From contig JANJGN010000041.1 of the NCBI GenBank assembly GCA_026770705.1, positions 1,178,001-1,242,000 on the forward strand: a DNA stretch of 64,000 bases. The letters are read 5' to 3'. The notes under the pieces were generated by a model. That model did no database searches. It was given only the letters and a program-made list of their open reading frames with translations, and was not told the origin of the DNA. Source of the DNA: Isurus oxyrinchus (Eukaryota). The position numbers and the translations under genes were made by a program. Positions 50,747 to 64,000 of the stretch are shown one piece after another (position 1 is the stretch's first letter; every line of letters begins with the position of its first letter).

Positions 50747-53275
50747 TAATGCTTGCATCATTTCCTACAGGGTCATCAGAAAAGCAGTATTCAGTGTGTA
50801 CACATTATCTGAACGTGTAAGTTTGTTATGATTGGTCTGATTGGATCTGCCGCAGCTAATCAATATTTGATACTTGCAATCGATATTCAAAATTTTGAAT
50901 GAGAGGTAGCTTATCAACTCACAAGCTGATCCAGAAATGTAAACTGCTGTTCACCCTTAATCGACTAATTCTTCTTAATGTTTTCAAAGTTCGTCTAAAT
51001 CATTAATCAATAACTTGTTTAAATAATCTGATTCAAATTATTGATCACCACCCAATCAATAGACAATAATGCATTGCATTGTTGTTTTCCTAAGTTCCAG
51101 TTTGCAACACCTATGCATCAGTCAGTTATTTTGCATAACCTTAAAAGAAGCTAATACTTCAGTCAACTCTCTATTGTGAAAATATGAATTTTCCATTCCT
51201 AATCTATTCCTCTCGATTGTCACTGGAGATTTTACTCGGAAGGCTGTTCTGAACCCTTACCTGATCCATGATAGCCTATCCCTCACTACTGCAATCAGGA
51301 CTACACACACAATTACAATTAAGGATATGCATGTAGTCTAGTGTTATGTAACTTATTTTGAAATGCACATGAAGATCTGATAAACGTTTGAATTCAGAAA
51401 TTAAATTTCTGGCAGCATCAAATCTGTCCCTTCAGATTCACTGAAATTTTTGCCCCTCGAAATGCAAGCGGATGTTAATTAGGTAAGCAAAATGATTTAT
51501 ATGATGCAGCCGGGATTATCCAAGTATCAGAAAAAAAAATGCTTCATTTATACGGATAAGTGAATTTAATCAGTAGTTCACATAAATGTTTAAACTGTAA
51601 ACTGCTCCATAATAACAAAGCATTGAATCAATTCTCTAATTCGCTCAAAAGTTATTACTTTTTGAAAGAGAATTACATATTCATTTACCAAACAATTATA
51701 AAATGCATTGGTGATCTGATACCGACATATCTACATGAAATTAGATTAAACGATGATTAATTTAAACATGGATTTGTTAAGAGCTCGTTCTATATCAGAT
51801 GGTAATCAACAAATATCAAAATAATTCTTCCAATCACATCTTAGCTTTTTCAAATTCTTTACAAACACAATTCGATGTGCAAATCGTGGTCAATTTCTCA
51901 CTGGGTTTTCAACATTTGCTGTCCAGCAGGAATCAGTATTCAGATTTTCATGTCTAAACGGTTCAGAAGGATTCTGCACTGGAGATAAAAATGATACTTT
52001 TTTTCCCTTTCGGAAAGAAACTATTTTGTTCTTCACACAATCAAACAATGTACATCTCTCTGTGCCCTGAGTAGCAAAAAGCTGAGTTAAAGTGCAGTAG
52101 AATTATGTTTTTTGAATTGCTCATTCAACATATTTTGATTATCCTCTCATTCCCATTGCCCTTGCATTTTACCATATCGATTCAACGTGCTTTAAAACTG
52201 GCCTGGCCAGAAAGGAACATGGCCATGCACCCAAACTGACACTGCCCTCAAATTGCCAATAAATATTCCGCAATCAATATAATCAGTCAGCATGACAATG
52301 TCACTTTTTCCCATTCAGACATTAAACTGCCCCTTGTTCAGTTCTGATTATACCAGACTTCCCAGCTTGCATAGCAATGTTGCTTCAGTCCTTCTGCACT
52401 GAATCAGCGATAGACTGATCCTCAACTTTACCTCGACAATACTCAGCCTGCCTATCAATATTCAATTACTCAACATGCATGAAAACGCAAGCCTGGTCTG
52501 CCCTTCACCCTGAATAATCATTCACCCCACCATTCCGCGTAACCATATTTCCTTCCTTGGGTTGTTGTTGAACGCCAACATGAGGGTGCCTGAGTAAACA
52601 TTCACTCAGCCTCGTCTATGTGGGAAGTTTTTTGTAGTCCAGTGATCATTATAACATTTCCTGTTTATTACAATTCCACCTATACCATCCCAAGTGCCCA
52701 AGCGTGCCCAGGGCTAGGTTTTGCCTTCACATTGTCTCTCATGTTGCACAGTGAAAATTCCGACCACTTACTGAATCTGTTGAACCTCCGGCACAAATTC
52801 CACCACTACATCTTCCAGAGAATAACTCTACTTTGCTAATTTTTTATTTTATGCCAACATTTCACAGTCCACATTGCTGTGCAACTTACGTAAATTCGCT
52901 CTTTTCACCTCCTATTTCCCAATTAAAATTTAACATGATGAGCCTTTTTCGGACCTTCAGTCAGTCCATTACACATTCTGCAAAACGAGCTCAATCTTCA
53001 TTGCACAAGAGCTGTCCAGAGTTCATTGAGGCTGCTGCTCTCTAAGGACGAATAATAAATTAATGCTGCACATTCCTGGGCACTCTGACAAGGTGCAATG
53101 CAAATTTAAAACACGTTGCTTTCGGAAATCCTGCCAAACATGCTTGCGACAAACACATTAAATGATGCACCAAGAAATTAAACTTGCACTGAATACCGTT
53201 TGCTGCAAACGGAACAAAAAAAAGTTCATCTTTGTTGTTTATCTCATGTTATGACTATCTCTCTCTCTCACACAG

Positions 53276-53490
53276 AGAACGACGTTGCAATTTTGATTCT
53301 TTCCCGAGGAAGGCGTGGTCTCTCCAAATACATTACATACTATATCATGGCAATGGCAACGGGTGATCTTCTTGTAGTTTGTGTTGATATCATACTGACC
53401 GTTTATTTCTGCTCATTGAGGCCTGTCTACCAGCTAACTGTGACAGTGCTTTGTGGAGTCATATCAGCCTCTATCTGGTTAACATTGACA
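53276..53490 (+). pseudogene. GPR139/GPR142-like GPCR exon-2 start (end of TM1 to TM3), 3'-truncated
   Basis: Acceptor ctctctctctcacacag|AG AAC; NDVAILILSRGRRGLSKYITYYIMAMATGDLLVVCVDIIL...SASIWLT; similarity stops before the DRY-equivalent motif. Confidence 0.8.
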
Positions 53491-56400
53491 TTGCCCTTAT
53501 GGTCATTGACTTCTGCAATACACCCTGCCTCTGCTTCGTGGTAAGCTTTCTGATATAACTGTTTAATTTGTGGCTCTTTTTTTCTGTTACTCTACCAAGT
53601 GCCTTAAGGTAAAGCCCTCAACTGCATTATCTTCATTTTTTTCTTCTGAACAGTGTTATAAAAGGCATTATACGAAAAATGAATTTCAACCCCTTCTCCC
53701 CGACCTTTAGTTTCCCATTCTTCATGTTTCAACCGGTGAGACGTTGCTTTTTCTGCAAAACCTATATTAAAAATACCTCTAAATTTGCTAAACTACCATA
53801 GACATCAACCCCATCTGTGATCCAACAATGACAATACCTAAAACAAATTGGATCACTGTAAATGGCAATTTACCAGTCCTCAGACAATCAACTCACCTGT
53901 TTTCCACTTACTTTTAAGATGTATATTCCACAATGAACTAGGCTTAGCATCTCCATGAACCCCAATTATTATCAGCTGTTCTTGCAAAACTACCTCTGAA
54001 AAACAAATATCACTATCTGACAACATTACGGATTGTCTAGCGCATGTCGTGCTTGAAATTCTAATATACTTTCCTGCTCTGCATTATACACATGGAAAGA
54101 CTTCCGTATCATATACAAAATATTTAGACGTTTTCGTAAACTGCTCCCCAGAACTCTCTTGCATAAGTTATGAACACATTCAAGTCATTCTGGACTTATC
54201 ACTGATTCTTCCTTTCTTAAACTCTAAATGACCCGCTTTTTTTACTCTGCCTGAACCTCGGATTCCACAATAGTTTTATAACCAGAAATTTTTTACATCT
54301 GAAAAATTCCATGAATTTTCCCTGAGATTTCCAATGCACTGACGTCTTGTGCCCAACTGTATTACTTTGAAAGCACTACAAATTTTGAATGTTCCTTCTG
54401 TCCTTAGCACCATCCGATTTAGTCTTTGCCAAAGAAAATGTTCCTTATAATTTGCAACGACCCCCTCCCTCCCCTCATTAAACACAGTCCTTTCACCTTC
54501 CTATTTTGTATCCCTCATTTATTTAAAAATGTGGCAAAAATAATGATTAGGTGTATGAAATAACTTCTAATGGTCCGCTATTTCTGCGGCATGTCTTAAC
54601 GTTTAAACCCTCTGTGCCTCAGCATGAGATCTCACTATGAAAGGAAACGAATCTTATAGTTAATCTAAAAGAACTACTTCTCTAAAGCAGCATATGTTGT
54701 CACTACATGTAATGCCTGGATTTATCAATCGAATTTACTATAATTAACTCTCCCATACTCAGTTTACATATGCCCAGGTGGATTTCTTCTACTCCTAAAT
54801 TTATTCATTTCTGCCTCAAGATCCAACTCAGATGCACTCAAAATATGTATTTTATCACTTCAAAGTCCACTGGCCTTTCTTCTGACAGTGAGGCATAACC
54901 CCAATGAGTCTATCCAATAAACTATACCATAACTACAATGTCAAATTTACTTCTGACCATTTAATCTCTGCATTTCCAATCATTTCCACTGATCGCCATA
55001 GAGTTGCAGTAGTAAACACCTCATCTCGTTCATGAGACCTGGGAAGATTTTGTAGGGCAAAGTGAGGGAAGCCAGGTTACATGACCGCTCCAGGTCATGA
55101 GTTCCAGACCGGGAACGTGGGATGTGTAGCTCGAGGTCAGCTCACAAACCGATTTAAATATCACCTTCGAAACAGAAAGGTCACGTTTCAGAGCAACAAG
55201 AGCTTGTGGAGGCAGGAACGGAGGGAGAGACTGAAGCAGAGGCTGAAATACTGAAAGTGATGGAGTTTGATGTTTCTCACACTACGAAGGGAAAGAAACT
55301 GGAGGGCTCGGTTAATGCTTACGTTGCTCATGTGCACCAGAAAAGGCAGTATTGTCAGCACAATAACATGAAGGCTGGATTCAACAGACCTCTGCATATC
55401 ATTGCATAACTGCTGCTTGGCTTGTAATGGCATGATCATAGCATGTGATACTCTTCAAAATGGGTCCTGGGCGACGCAGTAATTTCTCATCTGCTCTAAC
55501 TTCCAGGCAGAGACCTGCATTGTGCAGTTTGCACCACGAGTCATGCAGTGTTGGCAGGATGGCCTTGAAGCCTAAAAGAAAAGGTTTGACTGAATTTCTG
55601 ATGATTGTTCTGCATTTCGTTTTCAAATTACAACGCCATTAGCAAGGAGTGATGATTGAATGCGCTCAAACGGAAAATGTTTTGATAATATCTTTGAAAT
55701 TGGAATCAAATGCTTGACTGCAGGCGTTAGCATGTTTTGCCCTGTTTGTTCTTTCTTCAAATATAATTTTGTTTTCACAAAAGTAACTTATTAGCCTGTG
55801 TCCGATTTTTAATGTTGCCCAAATTATTAATTCATTGTTCAATTTATTTGTTCCAAGAAACAAACTTTTTTTTTTGTTTCAAGGAGCCGCCTGCACTGTT
55901 TTCCGATTAGCGTTCCTGTTTTGAAAGTTGGAATTTGTTAATCTCCTTAAACGTCAGGTACGTTTCCCTTTGAAAGCGGGAAATATAAGCTCATGTCTAG
56001 TTTATTTTATGAATTCTGCTTTAAGAAACAACTGTTCTCAAGGTTGATAAGTTTCAAAACTGGTTTTGAGAAATTCGATCTTCATTGGTCGGTGAGTTTG
56101 CTCAGAACTCCCGTTCTCAAGCACTCTTTCTCGAAAGATATCTAGTAGTAACAAGCAGCCAGAACTGGTAAGGCCAGTCCTCTGAAGCACAATTACGGTA
56201 TTCTCTGTCTTTAATGCAAAAAAAACTCTTGGGTTCACACAGCGCTTTGTTAAAAAACGCAAGCAATTCATCATGCCTATAACCCACAGTTCCACTGGTT
56301 GACATGTTCACTCACGTCTGTAAATTTGGAACCTTAAAATCTAATAGCGGCCAATATAATTCTGGTGATCATAACGTTATATGATTAACTAAAACGGAAG

Positions 56401-56854
56401 TAGCTATGAGCACATGATTAACTGCACAGCGTATTTTGTGTTGGAGGTGATTGGTTGTGGGAGCTGCGACAACTTCATTAAAAATGATTTTGCTCTATTG
56501 ACAACTTTGTCAGGAGCCAATCCTAACATCTTTAAACATTTTTAGACGTGTCTGACCCAAGATAACTCCAACGGAGGATCAGTTGCATCAAAGTTCCAAT
56601 TCACAGGGTGGAACATTAAAAGGCCCACCATTCCCACTTGGTTGAATTTGTATCTATGGTAACATTCCCACGTGCTCATGAACGCATAAACAGGTTGTGA
56701 TTTTTGACAAGAATTTTTAGTTCAATACTTTTAACTTGAAACATATTCTTTACATTTTGCTTTCCTTTAATATGACTGATTAAACGATTCCATTATCAAA
56801 GTGTTGAGGCTCCTCTGCAAAATTAAAGTTCAGGGAGAAAAAGCATTAAAAATT

Positions 56855-57010
56855 CACGCACACACACACACACACACATACATACACACACACTCACAGA
56901 AGCATGCACAGATACACACACAGAAGCATAAACACACGGAGAAACATGCATGAACAAAACACACACACAGACACACAGACACACGCAGACAAACTACCCA
57001 CACAGACTCT
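56855..57010. repeat. Degenerate (CA)n microsatellite
   Basis: Directly visible. Confidence 0.9.
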
Positions 57011-58499
57011 GTATTACTCATTTTACTATCTCCTTTACGACACACCTGACGTAACAACACGGAACATAAGAGAAGTGCTAATGTTTCTTCTTCCTTCTCA
57101 AAAAATCAGTGAACGGAAGCATCTAAAAGAGCAAAACACAATTACATTCATGAAACACCTAACCTAAGAAACCAGAACCTAAGAAGAGTGCTTTTGTTTT
57201 TTTTTCCTTCTCATAACTTCCGTGAACGGAAGCATCTAAAAGAGAAACGGAAATAACAAGCAATTATGCACAGCACATTGGCAGCAGTCCAGGCTGCTTT
57301 GGCTGCAAGTTAGTGAGAAAATACAAGGTGTAAGGAAAACAAAAGCTACTCTAAAACAGCTTGGGATTGTCGGCAATAGGGCCGCCATAAATAGGAAAAC
57401 ACACCTAGGAGAACATTGGCAGATGACTTGACCAACTGTGAAATACTATCAGTATAGTGCGATATGCCTGTCATGAATAAAGCTCACTTTAGATCCAACA
57501 TTAATGGTACTAACTGGCTATTCCCCGCAGACTTATGCCTCAACCCCCGGATTGAACCAGCTATTGGAAGGTTTACTGGGGAATGCGCAGTTGTCAATCT
57601 TAGCCAGTGTTATAATAGTCCCGGAATGCTCAAAGGGGGCATTGCAGACAGAGAGTTGTCCGTATCTAAATCTTTGCTGTATCGGTGCTGAGATGGGTAT
57701 GATGGGGACAGTGAATAGGGACATTGGTTATATACCTCATCTACTGTTGAACCTTCCCTTAGACTGTTTGATGTCTTTAGAGGGAAATTTGTCTGCATCA
57801 AACCACGTGAAATACAAGTTCATGTATTCTGTAATTAGGAGCGTTTAGATGGGGCATTAATCTGTATATAACCATATGCTATACCTGCCCTGGCAATGTT
57901 TGATTGGTCATTGTTGCCTCCTGCCCTGCCCTGGTGATTGTTGAAAATGCTGCTTTGATCTCCCACTGCGAGGTCTCCTGACTTGCAATGTTTAAACAAA
58001 AACTATTCGCTGTTAAGCCATAATGATATACATATCCGATGTTCCGCATGCATGGGTGCAGCCACTTTACTGGTTGCTTCATACTTTGCTTCTAGGTCAA
58101 CAATCATGTAACCCTATGCATCAGACCATTCGCGATACTATTCCCCAAACCCACATTAATCCTTACTCTGCTGAAAACCTTTACATTGCAATCGCCATGC
58201 TGCTACTCGAGACTATAGCACCATCCTTTAAAAGCGACCATCCTCCCTTACATCTGAGTTAAATTATTTCCAATAAAACCCTTGTTTGCTACATTTCTCT
58301 CACACCAATACCGCCACCCCCCAACTACTCCCCACAGCATCCCAACTTCCCCTCTCCCACCCCCCAACATCGCGCACCCAGACAACGCAATTACATCATG
58401 AATTCAAGTGTCTTGATATTTGACAATTTTATCACATTCCTGTGTGTTCGGTGTGGATGAATGGTTGAAACAGCTTCTTCGGGCGGACGTTTTCAGTTT

Positions 58500-61400
58500 A
58501 AGCTTTAGATTGTGATGCTCTGTATTTCTCACACTTGTTTCTCTCCATTTGATTGGATTTTTGTGCTCCTTTCAGTTCCCTTTTTGATTATCAGCATCCC
58601 ATTTGATCTGCTCAAGCATCGTGTGTTTGTCCCATTCCTTGTGAGGGTAATATGTACTCGGAGCAATTCTGGAGTGGACTGGGATTTTCTATTTCCGCTG
58701 GGTCCCCCATGATCCAGCTGGATGTTCATGTTTGACAAATGGAACATTAATTTCCACTTGTTTTGCAACTTCAGCCAAAGTTGTGATTGCTCTTTTATCT
58801 TCAAATGTTTTTGCACACTTCTGAACATTTTCCTTGAGCTCAGCAATTGCTTTGGAAGTTGAGCTGTTTTTCCTTCGGAGTTATCTGTGAAATTTTATAT
58901 AGCGTTACGTTGACCTGTGCAGTCAGTTCCTATCAGGTTTTCTATATGCCCATTGACTGCCCCTTTTATTCGCCAAGTTCAGTCATTAAATCCTGAAACT
59001 GTTCGAGTCTTCAGAGTCTGGCTTCCCTCTCCCAAATGACGCATCTCATTCTCCATCTTCTTCACATTGGATGGCAGTTTAAATTGTTTTGGGTATTTTC
59101 ATCGTGAAGATCCAACATCTCAGCAAACTGAACCTCTGTACGTGAAAGTTTATTCTCTACAGTGACCAGTTTTCGTTCAGCAGCGTCGCTTTCATGAGTG
59201 CCGTGCTGCACACTCACATTCTTTAAGTTTACTTGGCCTTTTTGTAGAGGAGAATCCTCCCGCTATTCTGTGAGAACTTTGACTTCTCCTTGGAACTGCT
59301 CACCAGTTCATTGATGTTCCCGGTTCTTGATCTCCATTTCAGCCAGGTCAATTTTCAACAACCCTCAGTCCGTTTGAGGAATCCACTGATTTTTCATTTT
59401 TGTCTCTTGAGCTTCAGTATCAGATTCGCAAATTACAATCTTTTTTCAATCTTTCTTCTTCCTTATTCTTCCACAGGGTGTGGGCGTAGCTGGAAAACCG
59501 GCATTTTTTTTGCCTGCGGATTTTGCTTTTGAACTGAACTAGGTGACTGCTGCGCGCAGTTTATAGCCGGCTGCATTGCTGGGTTCCTGGAGTAACTTTT
59601 CAGTCAAAACAATTCAGCAAGGCAGACATTCAATTAACGTACATTGGTGGAGTGATGGGATTTGATGATAATCGATGACGGTTTAATAGTGCCCATCACT
59701 GGGGCTAGCTTGCAATTACAGGTTTAAGGGCTGAATTCTAATTCCTCCAACCGCCGTGGTGGATGTGGCCCCCATGCCTCCAGAGCAGTAGCCTGGGTCT
59801 CTGGGCTTCCAATGAAGCGACACTGCCAGTTTACCAGTGCCGCCCTCCGTCCTCTACCTGCAGCAGTGATTTCTCCTTGTCCTTCATGTAGGTTTCACTG
59901 TTGGCCAAGCTTGTCTCCGCTGGCAGGTAAATTCCTTCAGTTCTCCAAATGTTTTGTTCATAACTTCATCACCTGCTTGCATTTTTGAAAAGAGCTTTAA
60001 CTTTTCCTTTCAATGTCAGCTGTTTCTTCAGTTCTTCTGTCCTTTTTTTTCTGGCAGATTAGGCTTATTCCTACAATTTCCAAAATTCTGGAGTCTTCCC
60101 TGCAAATTGTGTTTTCATTTTGTTCAGAGTCACATGAAATTCAAGCTGCTACTCTTCGTCGTTTTGCATAGGAACATGATTTGGCCTCAGGGACATCTGT
60201 AATGTGCTAGGTTTCTTCACCAGGCTTTCCTTCACGTTGTGAAGCTTCAATTGCTTCATCTTCGCTTTCCTTTTATTCAGCAAGGGATCCTCGATTTTAC
60301 TGTGCTCTTCTTCCGTTCTGCTGTGTAGGAGAGATTTTAATGTATTTTTGCTGCTGAAGAATAATGTACTTATTTGTGCTTTTTGAAGAAGCAGAACAAT
60401 CAGCTGTTTTCCGACTAATTAATTCCTTGGCCAACTAACACCAACTCACCCTGAGCTTCAGTACTTTCCTTTGATACTGCTGATAGTTCCAATGCAGCTC
60501 TTTTCTCAAATAATATTCAACATCTTGTTTTTTGATAATTTTTTGACCTATATAGGTTCATTTTGCAGAGAGCCTTTCAATTTTCCTGCTTCTTTGAATC
60601 TTTTTATTCCCTATTGTTTTGCCTGGCTCTACATGTGGATGAGATTTTCGAACTCACGGTTTGATTTGCCAACTGTGCATTTGAGGGTGCTAATTCCCAC
60701 CCTGCCCCATTTGTTTTATCTCTATCTTCGATTTGTTCAGGCCTCGAAAAGTCTGGCTCTTTGAAGACTGCGTTTGTGATGCATTTTCAAATCTACATAT
60801 CCAGCCTGAATCTCACACTTCAATTCATCCAGTTCAGCTTTAAAACAAGCGATTGCTTTTTATAAAATGCTTTTTCTCCTCCACGTGACAAATCGCTATT
60901 TTTATTGATTTCCCTGTTGCTCACTACCAGCTGTTTGCACAATGCTGGAAGCAATTATCTGTCTTTTATAGAGAAAATAATTAGCATTCATCTCACAGGC
61001 CCCCCATAAAAACAAGTTCCAGGGATTTCCAGGAAGTTATGGACCTTTATGGTCCCTCATATAACGTGTTCAAGGACGTAATTTATCCGATTGTTAATTT
61101 GCTACAGGATTTCTATGCATTTGTAAGGCTCTACAGAGTCCTCAACTTGATGTTTCAAAGATTCATGAAAGGCATTTATTTTTTCATTGAAAGTGGTTGA
61201 AGACTTATCAATGTACTAGCTTGGGATTACCGGGCATGCAATTCAGCAAATGAGGGTAAAGGTGGTTCCGGCCTGGATGATTCCAAAGATTGTGCTTTGA
61301 CCAGATTCATCCAATAATTTACATAAAGAAAAATATCCCTTCAGCCTTTGCAGAAGCAAAAATGGGGCTGTGATGGCATTTCCTATCCAAGGCAATTTAT

Positions 61401-62300
61401 TTTTCTTTTCCTGAGTTAATTATTGTAAATGCCATTGCGCATTTATGGCTGTCTGTGCCACATCCATTTCTATCCACTTCAGGATGTCTCTGCAGCTGTC
61501 AATAACCCTGCTGTGAATGTCCACGCTTTTTAGTATTTGGCAGTATTGAACTGTGACCATGTCATTTTTATTCAAAAGCTTAGGCCTGTTAACCCCGCAT
61601 TCAGTTTTCTTAAAGCAAGAACCCAGGGTTCAAGTGAAAGGAGCTTTATTTTTTTTATTAAATGCTTCAGGTTCTTCTCTACTCAGCATGTCGTTTAAAT
61701 TAACTGCATTAATTGTGTAAGTGAAACTTACGTTCACTTCAGCTGGGCCTCCTGGTGGAATGCTGCCAGTTTTTGCTGCAGCATTCCTCCAGCTGCCGCC
61801 TTGATGTGCTAAGTCCAGAGAGTGCTGCCTATTTTAATACTTACCTCCAGCTTCATTTTGTAATTTGCTCAGCCTGTATTGATTTGGCCAGGTGTATGGA
61901 CTCTGCCTTACTCAGGTGCTTCTTCTAAAAAAGTGGATTTCCCCTAAAATGGATACATCCATCATCCTTTCTCATTTCGTCTGTTTGTTTGTGCATTGCA
62001 CTGTGTTTTTTGAGATCAGCGCATGTTCCTCGATTCTGCACTTTTGGGCAGCCTGGAAATGGACTTCCACTTGTTCTGGTGCAGACCTTAGGCCTGCACG
62101 TCTCAAAGGAAACTTCATAATTTAGCAAACTCCTCTTTGGGTTTCTGTTTTCATTTTGTAAATATATCACTAACTCCACCAGCAATGTTGACATGTTATC
62201 TCAGGTCACACCATGGGAATCCAGGGACTCATTCCAGCCATTTTTAGATTTTGGCTTCATTCATTTAGCTGTTGCGATGTTGCAAAGTCTTATTAAATGA
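58500..62300 (-). pseudogene. Heavily decayed coiled-coil protein pseudogene, possibly CAGE1-like; interrupted by a SINE
   Basis: Minus strand 60000-60900 reads KAELDELKCEIQ, ISTLKCTV...VKKLSKNKMLNII*EK, NKYIILQQQKY, KHNLQGRLQN; the CAGE1 resemblance is from memory and the outer bounds are uncertain. Confidence 0.4.
59445..59830 (-). mobile_element. tRNA-headed SINE
   Basis: Same family as 2195-2532 (gtgtgggcgtagctgg tail; ctgaattctaattcc; agcctgggtctctgg). Confidence 0.65.
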
Positions 62301-62719
62301 CTTCCGGTGGAATTGTCGAACTTGTATGATGTTGCAGTGCAGGAGAGACAGTACAGACCAAAGTGGCAAGGGCACAACCTCTATGTGGCAAGGAAATTAC
62401 AGTGAAGTGCAAGCATTGTAGAATACTTAGAACGAGGGAGTTCAATTAGTCGAATGTAGATACTGATAATAGCAGTTCCTAAACTATGCTCAAGAAACAT
62501 TTCGACTGCAGTGTTTCCAGTTCCTGGAGAAATGAGGCACTGCTGGACCACATTCTTGGAAATTAAGTGTACCAACTGGAAAAAAAATTCGCAAGAGACC
62601 TTGCACAGATTAAATGAACCAGAATATTTAGACTAACTGTGGAAGAGGTCAATGCCAATCCAGGTTAATAATGCTGACTATCGCTGATAAATCCCTGCCT
62701 CTCCAAGCAGAGGTTAGTC

Positions 62720-64000
62720 CTCTCCCAGATATATATATATTTTTTTTCCGGAAGTTTCCCTACCACTGATATTAGATCCTCTAGTTTAGAGCTCCCTGGA
62801 TTTTTGGCACCTAATTTGAATAATGATAATACCTTCGCTGAACTTCAGTCAACTGATACTCTCCTGCGACGAGGCTGGATTTTGAAATTAATGTCAGGGA
62901 CATTTCAATCTCCTTCCTTGCCCTACGGAGCAGCCTGGAAATCATCTCATCTGGGTTTGGGGAGTTATCTACTTCAAAGTCAGCTAAAACATCTAATATC
63001 TCCTCCCTCTCAATCCTAAATTATTCAAGTGCATCACAGTCCCCGTCCCTGATTTCTTTACCTACATTGCCCTTCTCTACACTAAAAACAGATGCAAGGT
63101 GCACATTTGAAATACCATCTAATTCGCACAAATCCAAACATAAATGGCTAATATTGTTCTGTTTGCGAGCTGCTCTTTCCCTGGTTATCCTCTGGACCAT
63201 AAAATACTTAATCAAATCCTTTTTGCTTTACTTTATTTTACCTGCAAGTGTTTTCCAATGTCCCTCTTCAATCTGCTACTTTCCTTATTTAAGTAACTAC
63301 ACACAATTTACATATTCCTTTAGGACTCATGCTGTTTTGAGCCATCAGCTTCCTCGAGGAGCTTCCTGTTTTTCCTTATACAATCCAGTACATCCCTCGA
63401 AATCCAGGGCTCTCTGGAGGTTTTTGCCCCAGCACTCACTATTTCATTTTTTTGCAAAACTCCCTCTGCTCTGATGCAGGTTTTTTGACAAATGGACGCT
63501 CCCAGTTCACTTTGACAGGATCGTATATTAAATTATTAAAAACATGTTTTCCCCAATTCAGCAGCATTATATCGGGTGCATTTTATCCTTCCCAATATCT
63601 ACCTCAACTCTTACTGAGTTATGGACAAAATCAGAGAAATTCACCCCCTTTAAAACTACTACCAATAGCCCAGCTTTGTTCCCAAATGCTAAGCCCAGCA
63701 CTGCTCCCTTTCTTGTGGGATTCATATTTTTCACATTAAAAAACTCCCCTCGGTACATTTTGAAAATTCTGTCCTCTCTAAGCCATCCACACTTTCTATA
63801 TCCTCGTAAATAGGGGAAATTGGAAACCTACTATTTTTACCCTATTATTGTTCCACTTCTCTGAGATTTGGCTACATGTCAGCCTTTGTATCAGTCTCGC
63901 TGTTTGGGGGTGGCAAAGTGATCGGCCCCTTTTTGAATTTAAGCTCAAACCATACGGCTCCATCTGAGGAACCAACTAAGGTATCATCTTTCCTCTTTGC
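62720..64000 (-). mobile_element. CR1 LINE ORF2 fragment (APE end and linker)
   Basis: PTRKGAVLGLAFGNKAG...FSDFVHNSVRVEVDIGKDK (ORF 63567-63758). Confidence 0.8.

Noticed and set aside
51430-51488. Possible decayed GPR139-like exon 1 (LQIH*NFCP... followed by ag|gtaagc)
   Set aside because: Similarity is too weak, it has a stop and the wrong phase, so it cannot be supported without an alignment
57110-57244. 22-bp direct repeat tgaacggaagcatctaaaagag
   Set aside because: Only two copies; consistent with a simple local duplication, with no evidence of function

Overview
Eukaryotic, repeat-dense DNA with one 172-N assembly gap. The repeat landscape (CR1, L2 and RTE LINEs, tRNA-headed SINEs, Penelope GIY-YIG, Gmr1-type Gypsy, hAT) and GPR139-like fragments point to a cartilaginous fish; this is inference. 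The main result is invisible to the ORF track because the exons are short and spliced: a beta-defensin-like gene cluster. One two-exon gene on the minus strand looks intact (exon 1 4955-4868, exon 2 4093-3975). It encodes a 68-aa prepropeptide, MSKALFVVLGFLLLGETLS-ISLQEIVQLGG-ALLGCPSVGGKCRFRRCKRGETRIKEKCLPFFKCCMKD, with TATA, CCAAT and an HNF1-like promoter motif, a GT-AG intron and AATAAA. Five decayed paralogues retain exons: exon 2 at 9372, 15977, 21654 and 47541, and exon 1 at 14565, 37015 and 46268. A ~12-kb block (~4620-16620) is duplicated at ~36775-48330. Also present are two complementary, oppositely oriented halves of a GPR139-like GPCR, a CR1-derived 51-bp intronic minisatellite, and a decayed coiled-coil (possibly CAGE1-like) pseudogene. 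Repeat boundaries are approximate, and family calls come from recognised motifs, not database searches.
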